DNA of 18,295 nucleotides from a virus (Duplodnaviria; Heunggongvirae; Uroviricota; Caudoviricetes): IMG/VR virus record IMGVR_UViG_2737471838_000005; one strand, 5' to 3'. Shown piece by piece: positions 17,015 to 18,295 of this stretch (position 1 is its first letter; each line of letters starts with the position of its first letter). The notes under the pieces were generated by a model. It saw only the letters and a program-made list of their open reading frames with translations, ran no database searches and was not told where the DNA came from. The position numbers and the translations under genes were made by a program.

Positions 17015-18295
17015 ATGAAATATCCGACAGGCGTGGAAAACCATGGAGGGAAATTACGTATCTGGTTTGTTTATAAAGACGTAAGAGTCAGGGAAAATCT
17101 GGGGGTTCCTGACACAGCAAAAAACAGGCGCGTTGCAGGTGAACTACGCTCCTCTGTTTGTTACGCAATAAAAACTGGTGTTTTCGACTATGCAAAACAG
17201 TTTCCCTCCTCACGCAATCTGGAAAAATTTGGTGAGGCCCGACAAGATTTAACCATAAAAGAACTGGCTGAAAAATTTCTGGCACTGAAAGAAACTGAAG
17301 TCGCCAAAACATCACTCAACACATACCGTGCCGTCATCAAAAATATCCTGAGCATAATCGGTGAAAAAAATCTTGCCTCATCGATTAATAAAGAAAAATT
17401 ACTGGAGGTTCGTAAAGAGTTACTGACTGGATACCAGATCCCCAAAAGTAACTATATTGTTACACAACCAGGGAGATCGGCTGTAACTGTAAATAATTAC
17501 ATGACAAATCTTAACGCCGTGTTCCAGTTTGGTGTTGATAACGGTTACCTGGCAGATAATCCGTTTAAGGGGATCTCGCCATTAAAGGAATCAAGAACCA
17601 TTCCGGATCCTCTTTCGCGGGAAGAATTTATCCGTCTTATCGATGCGTGCAGAAATCAGCAAGCAAAAAATTTATGGTGTGTTTCTGTTTATACTGGAGT
17701 TCGCCCTGGTGAGCTGTGTGCACTTGGATGGGAGGACATAGATCTGAAAAATGGAACAATGATGATCAGGAGAAATTTAGCAAAAGACCGTTTCACGGTA
17801 CCAAAAACACAGGCGGGAACCAATCGGGTCATTCATCTTATTAAGCCAGCAATCGACGCTCTCCGGAGTCAGATGACATTAACGAGACTGAGCAAAGAGC
17901 ATATCATTGATGTTCACCTCAGAGAGTATGGCAGAACAGAAAAACAAAAATGCACCTTTGTTTTTCAACCTGAAGTGTCAGCGAGAGTAAAAAATTATGG
18001 TGACCATTTTACCGTTGACTCAATAAGGCAGATGTGGGACGCAGCGATAAAACGTGCCGGACTCCGCCATCGAAAATCATATCAGTCGAGACATACTTAT
18101 GCCTGCTGGTCGCTGACAGCTGGTGCTAACCCGGCATTTATAGCAAACCAGATGGGCCATGCAGATGCGCAAATGGTATTTCAGGTATACGGAAAATGGA
18201 TGTCTGAAAACAATAATGCACAGGTAGCTTTGTTAAATACACAGTTAAGCGAGTTTGCCCCAACCATGCCCCATAACGAAGCAATGAAAAATTAA
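17015..18295 (+). CDS. Tyrosine site-specific integrase (phage integrase family), ~426 aa
   Basis: C-terminal catalytic region shows R (GVRPGE), H-x-x-R-like (SRHTYACW), H (MGHADAQMV) and Tyr (VFQVYGKWM) in the expected order. Complete ORF ending with TAA at 18293-18295. Start could be 17000 (431 aa) or 17015. Confidence 0.85.
   Translation: MKYPTGVENHGGKLRIWFVYKDVRVRENLGVPDTAKNRRVAGELRSSVCYAIKTGVFDYAKQFPSSRNLEKFGEARQDLTIKELAEKFLALKETEVAKTSLNTYRAVIKNILSIIGEKNLASSINKEKLLEVRKELLTGYQIPKSNYIVTQPGRSAVTVNNYMTNLNAVFQFGVDNGYLADNPFKGISPLKESRTIPDPLSREEFIRLIDACRNQQAKNLWCVSVYTGVRPGELCALGWEDIDLKNGTMMIRRNLAKDRFTVPKTQAGTNRVIHLIKPAIDALRSQMTLTRLSKEHIIDVHLREYGRTEKQKCTFVFQPEVSARVKNYGDHFTVDSIRQMWDAAIKRAGLRHRKSYQSRHTYACWSLTAGANPAFIANQMGHADAQMVFQVYGKWMSENNNAQVALLNTQLSEFAPTMPHNEAMKN

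Overview
This window reads as a segment of a defective lambdoid prophage of the E. coli Qin type. The gene content and order match what I recall of Qin in E. coli K-12, except the right-hand end, which is more complete here. All identifications are from reading the translations and motifs myself; no database search was run. On the minus strand, from high to low coordinates, lies a late operon: Q antiterminator, a pR'/tR'-like promoter-terminator pair, cold-shock morons (cspB, divergent cspF, cspI), a phage-21-type lysis cassette (dual-start holin, ydfR, SAR endolysin, Rz with embedded Rz1), a lambda-type cos site, a Nu1 remnant fused to an internal J fragment, a tail-fibre C-terminus and Tfa. 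Upstream of Q are ydfU (HNH-like), rem, and the relB-relE-hokD toxin-antitoxin operon with its palindromic operator. On the plus strand are flxA with a near-consensus sigma-28 promoter, two coupled small ORFs, a large RecE-like protein, an excisionase-like gene and a complete tyrosine integrase. No repressor/cro, replication, head or tail-shaft genes are present, so the element is cryptic. The most unusual item is the RecE-like protein, whose C-terminus is a DEDDh (DnaQ-like) 3'-5' exonuclease preceded by a zinc ribbon, with no adjacent RecT/Bet annealase. No CRISPR array, IS element, rRNA or tRNA was seen.
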